From NCBI GenBank assembly GCA_964016885.1, contig OZ024743.1, positions 259,098,001 to 259,162,000 of the forward strand: a stretch of DNA of 64,000 nucleotides. The letters run 5' to 3'. Shown here one piece after another: positions 53,040-64,000 of the stretch. A program made the translations under genes and the position numbers. Under the pieces are notes generated by a model that searched no databases, had not been told where the DNA came from, and saw only the letters and a program-made list of their open reading frames with translations. This stretch comes from Eledone cirrhosa (lineage: Eukaryota). Every line of letters begins with the position of its first letter. Within the stretch, counting starts at the first letter, position 1.

Positions 53040-54110
53040 ATAGAAAGTTTGAATTCTGACACCAACCTTATTCACTGAACCAGAACAATTCTTCACATCC
53101 CATTTTTCTTGACCATTATCTTTTGTTTGGCACAAAATTCTCTAAAAGGCTACAAAATAAATTCCCAAATACGGGCCGAAATTTAATGCACTTGTTCACG
53201 TGACAGTCTTAATTCCATTTATAACCAATCAAATTACATTTCAGCACATCAGTCATACTCAGAACAACTCTCTCCATCCCTTTTTCTTGACCATTATCTT
53301 TTTTTGGCGGTGGATTGGCTGTATCGGTAGAGGGTCGGACGCCATGCTTTGACGCATAGTTACGGCCCTTGCCATTCTGAGTTCAAATCCCGCCGAAGTT
53401 AACTTTGCCTTTCATCTTTATGGGGTCAATAAAATAAAGCACCAGTAATACACTGGGTAATTGCTGGCCTTGTGCCAAAAGTGGAAACAATTATCTTTTG
53501 TTTGGCAGAAAATTCTCTAAATGGCTATAAAAAAATTCCAAAATACGGGCGCGAAATTTAATGTACTTGTTCACGTGACAGTCATAATTTCATTTATAAC
53601 CAATCAAATTACATTTATAAAAAAAGAAAACCTTCGTGAGCCACCTTTATTTAAGTAAAAAGAAATTCAAACACAAACTGGCGCGAAAGCTGATGTGCTT
53701 ATTGACGTGACTGCATCAACCAACCAAACTTCACTCATATATGAAAAAACAACCTGAGACCCCTTTTTGTTTGAAGAACTTTGTAACCCGAACTGGCGCG
53801 AAATTAATTATACTTATTCACCAACCAACCAAATTACTTCTCTAAAACCCTGGCATTTCGAGCCACTTTTTTCCATATAAAACAGAAGTAACACTCAAAG
53901 ACCAACCAGATGTGAGAAAAACCACAGATCCTCCATATCAATTCTACTTTTGAAAAGCAGAAGAACTGCGAAACCGGTAAAGGAACCAAATAAATATATA
54001 TTAAAAAAAAAAAAGAATTCCAGTTGCATTTTCGATTTCATCTTTAGTCCTTATACTTTCACTCGTGTAGGACACCTCGGTTATTTTTCATTTTGTTTAA
54101 AAAAATCTCA
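53040..54110 (+). mobile_element. pLTR-like non-coding element with internal tandem repeats and a degenerate hammerhead (53947-53982)
   Basis: Repeated blocks; ctt-TTGAAAA-gcag-aagaa-ctgc-GAAA-ccgg-TA-aag. Confidence 0.5.
53306..53489 (+). mobile_element. Deu/Nin-domain-like tRNA SINE with TSD
   Basis: TSD attatctttt at 53293-53302 and 53490-53499. The empty paralogous site is visible at 53101-53131. Confidence 0.87.
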
Positions 54111-54117
54111 CTTTCTA

Positions 54118-54250
<133 letters not shown>

Positions 54251-54261
54251 TATATATATAT

Positions 54262-54348
<87 letters not shown>

Positions 54349-54355
54349 CATACAT

Positions 54356-54444
<89 letters not shown>

Positions 54445-54835
54445 TATATGCACACGCGCACATACTTATATAAATATACTTGCAATAATAATATAACACC
54501 TGAAAAATACTTGATATTTCTTCTGCATCGGATTATCCTACTCAACAAATGTAGGCTGGTACTGTGGGAAATCAAGGTCTTGGAGTTTAATTGGATTATC
54601 GCTGTCACATGATGTTATTTTAAAATTGGAGAAAAGTGGTTCGTATTTATTTCTATTCCTTTATTTCCAATGTTTTGTGTGCCTTCCCTTCTCATTTCGT
54701 TTCTTTTTTTTTTTTTCATTTTCAAATTAAGGTTTGTTATTTCTCTCAACGTTTTATATAATTAGATGGTGCAAGGTCTCTATCTATTTGGGTCTGACGG
54801 TTACCACTAAAGTAGCAATTTACCATCTTCGAAGA

Positions 54836-54950
54836 ATGGCGCGTAGCCTAGTGGTTAGGGTGTTGAACACTCGAACGTAAGGCAGTGAGTTCGATCCCTA
54901 GAACGGGAGACGCATTGGATTCTTGCTCAACATGCTTCAATTTACGTGAC
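54836..54950 (+). mobile_element. CORE-type SINE head, followed by diverged ~120-bp tandem repeats to ~55305
   Basis: tagcctagtggttagg (A box), gagttcgatccc (B box). Confidence 0.6.
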
Positions 54951-55504
54951 TATTCATGATAGAACTGAGTTCTTTATTATTAAAATCACTGAGAAACCTC
55001 CTATGACGTACAGTCTGACAGGAGGCCAGCTAAACCCGCATAAGGTTGACTTGTAGCAACAGCGACACTATAAAACTAGGACCTCTGTCATTAAAACAAC
55101 TGAAACACCTCCTTTGGTATACGGCCCTGTAGGAGGTTAGTTAAACCTACATTGATGTGAGCTGTAACAACATGAGGCATGACGCTTCAATTTACGTTGC
55201 TTTCCATGATAGAAGTGGATTCACTATCATTAAACCCCACCCAGAAACACCTATGAGATACAATATTGTAGGAGGCGAGCTAAGCCTGCCACATGTGTGA
55301 GTCGTAAATTTTATTTCATTTCATGAAAGAATGTCATCTTATATTAGATGTTGAAACTTAGAAGTTGAGAATCTTCGACATTTTGATTAAACAGACTCTC
55401 TTGACTTTAGACCTCCTGATGTATAGAGTTTATGTCGATATTGTTATTATTGTTGAACATCGTAGAGAACGAGTACCTCCATTGAGTGGTACATCTAGTA
55501 AAAG

Positions 55505-55730
55505 AGTGTGGTTTAGTGGTTAAAGTGTTTGTATCACAATCGTAAGGTTGTGATTTCTATGCTTGATGACGTCTTGCGTCATAGAGCAAGACACTATAAT
55601 TTCACAGAGAGCTAAGATAAGGGTACATGTAGGTCCGTAGAAAAATCAGCCATTGGCAAATTGATTTCATGAGTAAGCTGCTCCATTGATCAAATAACTA
55701 GAAAAATTCTCGTCGGTACCGACGGATGTC
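55505..55730 (+). mobile_element. Diverged CORE-type SINE
   Basis: gtggtttagtggttaa...gagcaagacact. Confidence 0.5.
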
Positions 55731-57439
55731 AAACAACAATAACAAGAGCATGGTGTGCCTAATATGAGGTACCAGCCTCCATCTAATCTACTAAACAATA
55801 TCAAAAGGTCGTATCACCATCATACGGTGGACAGAGAGACTTTTGGTTTGTATGATTTTTGCTTTAGTTGGAGTCATTTCTAGAAAGTCGTCCGTATTCT
55901 GAAAGAAGTTAGAAAACAGTGCCATCAGCTGAACTCGTGTAACTTCGATTTTGATTTAGCGGATATATTGTGAATAACTGCATGTTTTATATTCTGAATA
56001 GACGTGTGTTTTATGCTACATTTGGCCTAACTGAAGCCTTGTGGATGACAAACACTTTGAAAAGTTTGTGACAGTAAATCAGGACTAGCCGGATTGTCTG
56101 CTCTTGAAAGTCTATAGTTCTAGAGGATAAAGGCTCAAAAGGTTGAAGGCCATTGCTCTTTAAGATGGTGAGTTTTTAGAAACAGTAGAACGAAGACTTT
56201 TTCATGACTTTTAACGATTTAGTCAAAAGAGACCTCTTAACCATTCCAAAGACCTGAGGACTGGAAGGAGGAATGTAGGAATTTACACTCAGACAGAAAA
56301 CCTGGCCCGAATGCTAATGAGCAAAGTAATGGTGTTAAACTAGATGTCAGTATAAGTTTATCGCACAAGAACAAGAACAACCCCTCTGAAGGACATCCTC
56401 GTGGTTTACGTCTAAAAAATGTTATGCAAAAGGCTTTTTGGAACACAAGGCTATGTTAGAAGATACGTACGATGCGAACTCCCGGAGTTGAGAAAATAAT
56501 CAGCAGCGTTGATTATGTTGATTGATACACCGCCACCTGAAAATGTATCCCTGAGTTTAATCAACAAGAATCTATGATGAATACACAGTGGACAAACTGC
56601 TATAATCACAATATCACTATTTATAAATACCGACATTAAGAAACATATAATTGCAACCAAATAATACTGATAAACTCCGCTGATAAATACTGGTATTACA
56701 GACTATTGGCAAAACTGTCATGAAATCTTGCCAATAAAACTTCTATTGATTTTTTCTTTTTTGACTCGACACAATATCTCAGTTTCATAAGAAAACCAAT
56801 ACGTGTCTTCCATGGCTTTCTCAAAGGCAAAAACCAACAGCATATATATGAAAAGGAATATATTCAAATTGGAATAGTATCTTCATTGTGGACACAGATG
56901 CTAGCCTCACATTCTACAATATTTGTCAAATATATACATCTCTTAAATGATAATTTTCTATTAAACAGATTAGTTTCCATAACGATTTCTAATGAAGCTC
57001 ACACGTGATTATTGATTTCACAGAGGATAATAATGTATTCGATTGATTAAACTCCAGTATATACCCAGTATTTATTCAACGAACTGGGGATGAATTAAGC
57101 CAGAAAGTATAATTTTATGTAGTAAGTAATATGAAATGAAATGCGACAAAGAATATTCTCTCGGTTTCCCCCAATCTTAACAGTAACGTTTTACATTAGT
57201 ACAAGTCCACCCAGGACGCAACTGTATAGAATGATAATATTGTTATATGAATTAATTCCAGTATAACGATGTTACTTTTTTTTTATCTACACTTAGTTGT
57301 TAATAGCAATGTGAAACGTTGCTCTAAAGATTATTTTAAAAGTTTTGCATGCGAACAAAAATCATTATAGATAACGATCACTTAGCTACAAGGATTTAGG
57401 GGAATAGGGTGTTGTTGATTCTCCGTCGGTTTTCAAGAG

Positions 57440-57675
57440 AAGTGTTCCAGTTGTTCGAATAATAGAACAGCTGACTGGTGAAATTAACGTGCAAGCTGCT
57501 AAGCATACCACAGACACACATGTATACCCATAACGTAGTTCTCAGGGAGATTCAGCGTGATACAGGTACAACTCATTTGTGCAAGCAGAAGAGACTAGAG
57601 TAACGTGAAATAAAATTTCTTGCTCAATAGTACAACGCATTGCTGTGAATCGAACTCACAACCTTATAATTGTGA
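57440..57675 (-). mobile_element. CORE-type SINE
   Basis: Minus strand gtgagttcgattc and ttgagcaagaaattttatttcac. Body shared with 23660-23972. Confidence 0.6.
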
Positions 57676-57894
57676 TCTGGAGGATAAGATATTTATCATT
57701 GGCAGCACAGCACTTAATATATAAACTCTAAAGAACTGAAGACTCATGTCAATAGAGATGATAATGACTCAGTACATAATTAAATACTGTACATCACTTA
57801 GTTCGGTGCATAACTATTTAGATAGTTGCATTACAACTCAGCCCCAGCGTGTCTACAGCCCCCGGGATGGAACAAGTAGAAGTGTGAAAGAGTA

Positions 57895-57997
<103 letters not shown>

Positions 57998-58118
57998 TGT
58001 GTGTGTGTGCGTGTGTGTGCGTGCGTGTGTGTGCGTGTGTGTGTGTAAAAGTAATAAAAATAACAAAAGAAATGGAAGAAATATATTAGTTTAACGCTTG
58101 AAATAGCAGGAAGAGAAA

Positions 58119-58153
58119 CCTAACGTTTCCGACACTAGTCCTTCATCAGAAGA
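58119..58153 (-). ncRNA. Minimal hammerhead, same family as 22215-22250 and 50032-50066
   Basis: tctt-CTGATGA-aggac-tagt-gtcg-GAAACGTT-agg. Confidence 0.65.
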
Positions 58154-58283
58154 TGGAGTTAGAAATAGAAGATAAATAGAAAGTAAAGAGTGATGAGAGG
58201 AAGGAATGGGGAAATGAGAAAAAAATGGGGAGAAAAAAACACAGGTACGTATTCAGTCGGCCACACACACACACACACACACA

Positions 58284-58373
<90 letters not shown>

Positions 58374-58375
58374 CA

Positions 58376-58551
58376 CAGTGAAATTCCGTTATAACGAAAT
58401 TCACGAGGTTTAAAAAATAATTCGTTGTAACGAAACATTCTTTATAAAGAGATCGACCTAACACATCGAGCATGTGGCCGGGGAGTGAAAAAAATGTTGT
58501 TATACTGAAAAATTCGTTATAATGGTATTTGTTATAACAGAATTTTACCTG
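58376..58551. mobile_element. Tigger/pogo-like MITE
   Basis: TIRs cagtgaaattccgttataac / gttataacagaattttacctg, internal gttataacg repeats, TA context. Confidence 0.7.
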
Positions 58552-58612
58552 TATATATATATATGTGTGTGTATGCATGTATGTATATATATATGTATAT
58601 ATGTATATGTCA

Positions 58613-59212
58613 GGTCACCAGTTGGTGCTACTGGTAACATGTATCCCAGTACAACCTGTCTCATGATCGGGTCGTTGGCGACTAAACTGGTAACCCCACC
58701 AAGGTTTCTTGGTGAGGAGGGTGACTTTGGACATCCTGCAGGACTAAAAACAAAACCTGTCAAAGGGCAAAGGAGCTCGTAAGAGTCAATGGCCATCCAA
58801 AATCACCGGGAGATTTGACCCCTTAGCCTTTGTCAAGGCAGAATTCTAGGAGAAGGAAAACTCTGATATAACACCTTCAACCCTGATGGTATCCAATGAT
58901 GTTGACTTGTTCTTCTTTTTAGTAAATATCATCTTGGTTAAGAGAGTGGGACTGGCTTTGTGCAGTGCCTTTGCTCACTATAAAAGCTTCACGGCACAGG
59001 CATTGCTTTATATCTGGAGATCTCCCTGCACTTGTCATCACATGGTACCATGGGCCCAGCACTATGTGTCAATAATTGTCACAAGTGTAGTGTTTGTACC
59101 AGAGTTTTCAAGTCGCTGGCTGGACTAAAAAGTCACACTTGTTCAGCACATCGGTAGGGATCTCCTACATGGATATAAAGTAGTGGCCGTACTCGAAAAC
59201 GAGTTGGCAGCC

Positions 59213-59215
<3 letters not shown>
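58613..59215 (+). mobile_element. RTE-clade 5'UTR fragment
   Basis: ctaggagaaggaaaactctga and similar motifs recalled from RTE 5'UTRs. Candidate HDV-like fold at its 5' end. Confidence 0.55.
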
Positions 59216-59270
<55 letters not shown>

Positions 59271-59660
59271 ATAATTATTATTTATTTATTTATGTTCATA
59301 TAAGGTCTCAAGGTCCAATTTGGCCATACATCTAGACAACAATAGGCAGCAATATAGTGACCTTTCTTCAGGCGCTAATACGTGTTTATAAGATACCGTT
59401 AAAAGCAAATTTTACGAAAGATAACGCCATAAAACGAATGGAAGTAACTCCAAGATGTAAATATGAATTATTTACATACACATGAAAGTGCCTAAGATCC
59501 TTTACATCATACATAGATTCACGAGGTTATTTATTGTCTGATAAGGAAACAATAATATATCAAATGCATAATAATAATATATGTTCTTTTGTGTATGGGG
59601 GAATATTTGTAAGTCTTTACTCTTCACACTTCATTTTTTTCAAATAAAAATAATAATAAT

Positions 59661-59875
59661 GATTTCTAGTATAGGCACAAGGCCAGTAGTTTGGTGGAGG
59701 GGAAAGTCAATTAAATCGAGCCCAGTACGTTACTGGTGCTTTATTTTATCGACCCCGTAAGGATGAAAGGCAAAGTTAACCTCGGCGGGATTTGAACTCA
59801 GACAGGAAAGGGCCGTAACTCTACGCTGCAAAGCATGGTGTCCGAGTCTTTACCGATACTGCCAATCCACCGCCC
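59661..59875 (-). mobile_element. Deu/Nin-domain-like tRNA SINE
   Basis: Minus strand 3' end ggccttgtgcctatactagaaatc-attattattatt. Confidence 0.85.
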
Positions 59876-59878
59876 TAA

Positions 59879-59922
59879 ACCGTCTATGCATTTCAGGCTT
59901 GACTAGCCTTCGTCAGGACGGT
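59879..59922 (-). ncRNA. Type I hammerhead ribozyme, fully canonical
   Basis: accgtc-CTGACGA-aggct-agtca-agcct-GAAA-tgca-TA-gacggt. Confidence 0.88.
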
Positions 59923-60165
59923 CCCTCCCACCGCTTGCTACTGCTGGATTTGAAAACAGTCGAGAATATATAGTTTTCTCGTCTGTGTAAATGAGGTGAT
60001 TAATCTCATTTGCATATGAAGCTGCATAAGTTGGCTCAACTTATAATAGAATAGAAATAGTATTTCGCTTCAAGCATAGCTTTATACAAATATGTATAGA
60101 AATTTCGTATTTCTAAAGAAACACGGTTTTAGGAAGCCGTAGCTATGCAAACACCGGTGGGAGGG

Positions 60166-60209
60166 ACCATCCTGACGAAGGCCAGTCAAGCCTGAAATGC
60201 ATAGACGGT
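60166..60209 (+). ncRNA. Type I hammerhead ribozyme
   Basis: accatc-CTGACGA-aggc-cagtcaa-gcct-GAAA-tgca-TA-gacggt, with one mismatch in stem I. Confidence 0.82.
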
Positions 60210-62065
60210 TGTCCCCCTTGCTTCTGCTGGACACTACCAGAGGGCGCCAGCCCCGGTGTTTGCATAGCTACGGCTTCCTAAAACCATGTTTCTTTAGAAA
60301 TACGAAATTTCTATACATATTTGTATAAAGCTATGCTTGAAGCGAATGGTTTTCTGCTAGCATGTGTAGTGTGTATATTGATATTATACATGTAGATATG
60401 ATACATCAAATAAAATCGCAATTGACAATATACACAGAAATTGAACGAAGTCTATATTACACTGTCTTCTGTAATCAGTAAAGTAATCCATGATGCATTT
60501 AAAAAACGACGATATTATATATAAACTGCATTAGGAGAAAATTAGCGACGGAAATATATGCGATTATAAGCGTTAGAATATAACGGCCGCTAACCGGAAA
60601 TGTTGACATTTGAAAATGTTAAAGAAGTGAATCTTTAAATAAGCTATAAAATATATTTAATCAACAGCCACGAAATTTAGCACATAAATTATGTAATATT
60701 CATTCATTATTTATTGAAAGTAATCCAACTTATTTTATAAACGGGGTATATAAACAGACAAAAGACTCGTTACATATATTGTGTCTAAAATAAATAAAAT
60801 ATCTTATTTAAACGAAATGCGGAATAATTGTGATTCCGAAGTTTGTTTGGCAGCTTTCTTACTTACAAATAAGCACCTGTCAAGTATTGTGTCAATTTTG
60901 ACGACTACTTTGCTTCGTTTCAAATTTATGGCGTTTTGTCAACATTATAAACCTAACTTCATTAAATAGAGACTAATTAAGACTTTAGTCAATCTGTTCT
61001 TAAAAGCTTGTTGTTTCTGGAGAGAATTCTTAATTGGTATGTTTCCCTACACTTAGCAGTCAATTATTGGTCCTAAATTGTCTGCATAAAGATCAATAAG
61101 AATTATCCTTCATCGATACATCCAATCTAACAACGCTAATATATTTACCAAATAGCATGTGTTTCACTAATCACATGTGCTAGAAATATAGGTTTCTTCA
61201 ATAAATATGTTTATTACAAATATATTTAAGGGTTATTACAGAGACACATGAGCTGTGAACAAGAATGCGTTACATGCCTGCTTTTTGCTGGGAGACATTA
61301 GAAAATGTTGGTGAAGAAAATTTATGTGCTTTAACAGGATTTGGGAACGCTCTTTCCTTGTAAGTATCCTGTCTCATAACAGACCACTTCTAATGATTTT
61401 AGAACCTGAAAAGTCCACTACTATATCCTTATATGTATCGTATATCTCAAAGAATTAGTGTAAAATTTAATATCTAATTGAATTAGCTAAGGAGTAATCA
61501 CTAATATGTAAATTCGAACTTCCAGCTCACTGATACTACCTTACTAGGTTGGTTTATAATGTCATTATCTGTAGACTGAGACTGTCCTACGCGATCTCGG
61601 TGTGTAAATTCCATTTAGATTTGAAACTCGACTCCGATCATTCATTACTTTCCTGACAATGGAGAAATATGTAAAACAAGACGCACGTTACATATGTTAG
61701 TGCATTTACTTGCACATTTACGTAACTGATGTGTATTCATTTAACACGATCTATAGTGACTCAATGTCGTTGGAATGAAGAGAATCTGAGATAAATGAAC
61801 TACAGGATGATATTTCACTGGAAGTATTTCACAGGAAACGGCCCTGTTCTCAAAGACACAGAGAGTTACCTATGACGGATTTGAACTTACAAAGTGTGAA
61901 TAAGCATCTCAGTATCTTATCAATTTATTTAGACATCATACTGCCACCAACGCTTTCTGCACAATATTGCATGAAGCACATGCCGTGGGCCCTTAAATCC
62001 TCGTGTTGCCTTGGGCATTTAAACCTCTCAGGGTTTGGATACAACCCCGACTTCTTCCAGATAAT

Positions 62066-62154
<89 letters not shown>

Positions 62155-62739
62155 TGAGTATGATAGATTTATCCGCTCGGGTGAAGAGAAACCAGATTGT
62201 GATAGAAAGTAAGGAAGAGATATAGAGGAAAAATCGACCCCAGTACTAAAGAGGTACGTTATTGATCATGAAACGAAGAACGGTAAAGCTGACCTCGATG
62301 GGATTTGAACACAAAGCGCAAAGAGATAGTACGAATACCACAAAGCATTCCCTCGGCCATCATTCTAACACCTTTATCAATTTCCCGTCTTTAGCATGAT
62401 GTCGTTTTAAAATAACGCTATTATTGGTAACTAACAACAAATGAAATGACCAATTATTAATTGATGAGTTTCTAAAGAAAATCTAACATTAATGGGAATT
62501 AGTTTTAAAACCAGCTGAAAGAATTCTTAAAATATATCTTTTCAATTGTACACAAATATACCTCATCAAAACATTTCCCTTTTGAAATATGTAATATCTT
62601 TTTACGTGAAACAGGTAAAGTATTCATTTGAATTCTTTCTAATTTTAAAACAGGTTATAAATAAATTGTAAAATAATTTAAACTGAGCTGTAATTAAGCA
62701 ACAAAGAAAAGAATAAGGATTTTGTTATTATTATTATTA

Positions 62740-63536
62740 GGATAAGGATGCTGTATTGGTAGAGCACCGGGCACCGTGCTTCATGGCATATAGTTACAGC
62801 CTTTTACGTTCTGAGTTCAAATCCCACCGAGGTTAGCTTTGCCTTTCATCCTAACGGGGTTGATAAAATAAAGTATCAGTCACGCACTGGGTCGATTTAA
62901 TTGACTTTCCCCTCCCACCAAATTGCTGGCCTTGTGCCTATAGCTGAAACCATAATTACTATTAGGATAAGGATGCTGGATTGGTTGTATCGGTAGAGCA
63001 CCGAGCAGCATGCTTCGTGGCATTTTACGTTCCGAGTTCAAATCCCACCGAGGTTAGCTTTGCCTTTCATCCTTATGGGGTCGATAAAATAAAGCACCAG
63101 TAATTCACTGGGGTTGATTTAATCGACTTTCCCCTCCTCCAAATTTGTTGGCGATGTACCTAAATCAGAATCCATTATTAGGATAACCAAGGGTGTTGGG
63201 TTTACAGAATTGGTAGATCGTCAGACAAAATGTTTTGTAGTTTTTAGGTATGACATTCTATGTTCTGAGTTCAAATTCTGGCGAGGTCAACTTTGTCGTT
63301 TATCTTTCTGGGGTCAATAATATAAAGTAGCAGTTAATTACTAGAGTCGATATAATCGATTTCCCCCACCTTTCCCAAATTTCTGGCCTTGGGCCAATGT
63401 TAGAATTATTATAATAATTGTTTCTACGTTTGGCACAGGCCAGCAAACACCCAGTACTTTATTTTATCGACCCCGTAAGGATGAAAGGCAAAGTTAACCT
63501 CGGGGGATTTGAACTCAGAATGGCAAGGGCCGTAGC
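62740..63536 (+). mobile_element. Tandem cluster of Deu/Nin-type SINEs: three head-to-tail (62740, 62965, 63181) and one inverted (63412-63536)
   Basis: Each unit has ggtagagca/gagttcaaatcc and the Deu-like core. Units are separated by ATT runs. Confidence 0.85.
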
Positions 63537-63708
63537 ATTATTGTAATAAAGTGTGTTTAACTGTCAAAACCATTAGAGTGTAAGAAAATGTTACGGCTCT
63601 AAACGTTCTTTTATCTGGGGTCGATAAAATACAGTACTCACCAACTGCTGGGGATAAATAGAATCAACTTTCTTCTTCCGCCTAAACTATTGACTCCGTA
63701 AATAAATT

Positions 63709-63888
63709 GCCTTATTCTTCCATGTATCCCGCGCAGTTTTTCACTTTTTTCCTTGTTTACTATGGGCGAGCGTAGTATACACAATAACTAAATGTTATAC
63801 ACTAAAACTAGGCTTTTCCAAACATATTTCTCGTAAAAAAGAGTGCGTCTTATACACGAATGTGTGCAATACACGCCAGAATAAGGTA
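63709..63888. mobile_element. Tc1/mariner-pogo-type MITE
   Basis: ccttattct...agaataagg termini, gtgcgtcttatacacg subterminal motif. Confidence 0.55.
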
Positions 63889-64000
63889 GAAATCATAATT
63901 AGGATGATCAGAATCCTGGTTGGGCAGACTCGTTAGAGGGTCGAACGAAACACTAAGTGGTATTTGTTCTGTTTTTTTACGTTCTAAGTTCAAATAATGC

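Larger units (their letters stand above)
59877..60346. mobile_element. Retrozyme-like element (family of 51595-52250) with two hammerheads in opposite orientation
   Basis: HHR at 59879-59922 (-) and 60166-60209 (+). 60064-60156 is inverted at ~60253-60346. Confidence 0.8.

Noticed and set aside
54836-54910. tRNA gene
   Set aside because: The A/B boxes run into a SINE body, with no acceptor stem or terminator. It is a SINE head.
62740-63536. CRISPR-like repeat array
   Set aside because: The units are ~220-bp SINEs in a eukaryotic context, with no repeat-spacer structure or cas genes.

Overview
This is eukaryotic, AT-rich, microsatellite-dense DNA made up almost entirely of transposable elements. 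The SINE types and repeat landscape suggest a mollusc or cephalopod such as octopus, but that is an inference. No host protein-coding gene can be supported. The core is a ~17 kb stack (28.5-45.3 kb) of non-LTR retrotransposons, each separated by an (ATT)n tract: three L1/Tx1-clade copies and an antisense R4/Dong-clade element with an intact 1130-aa ORF. A fourth Tx1 copy lies at the window start. The rest holds Penelope-like elements of several lineages, about ten minimal type I hammerhead ribozyme motifs (including a ~320-345 nt retrozyme-like unit), a candidate HDV-like ribozyme on an RTE-like 5' end, two tRNA-SINE families, Helitrons, MITEs, and CRE/RTE fragments. Most notable: the Tx1 family, the Deu/Nin-type SINE and the Dong element all appear to use ATT-repeat targets; the SINE shares its 3' terminus with the Tx1; and Tx1 and Dong share 5'-terminal motifs. 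All coordinates and pairings were read by eye and may be off by a few bases.
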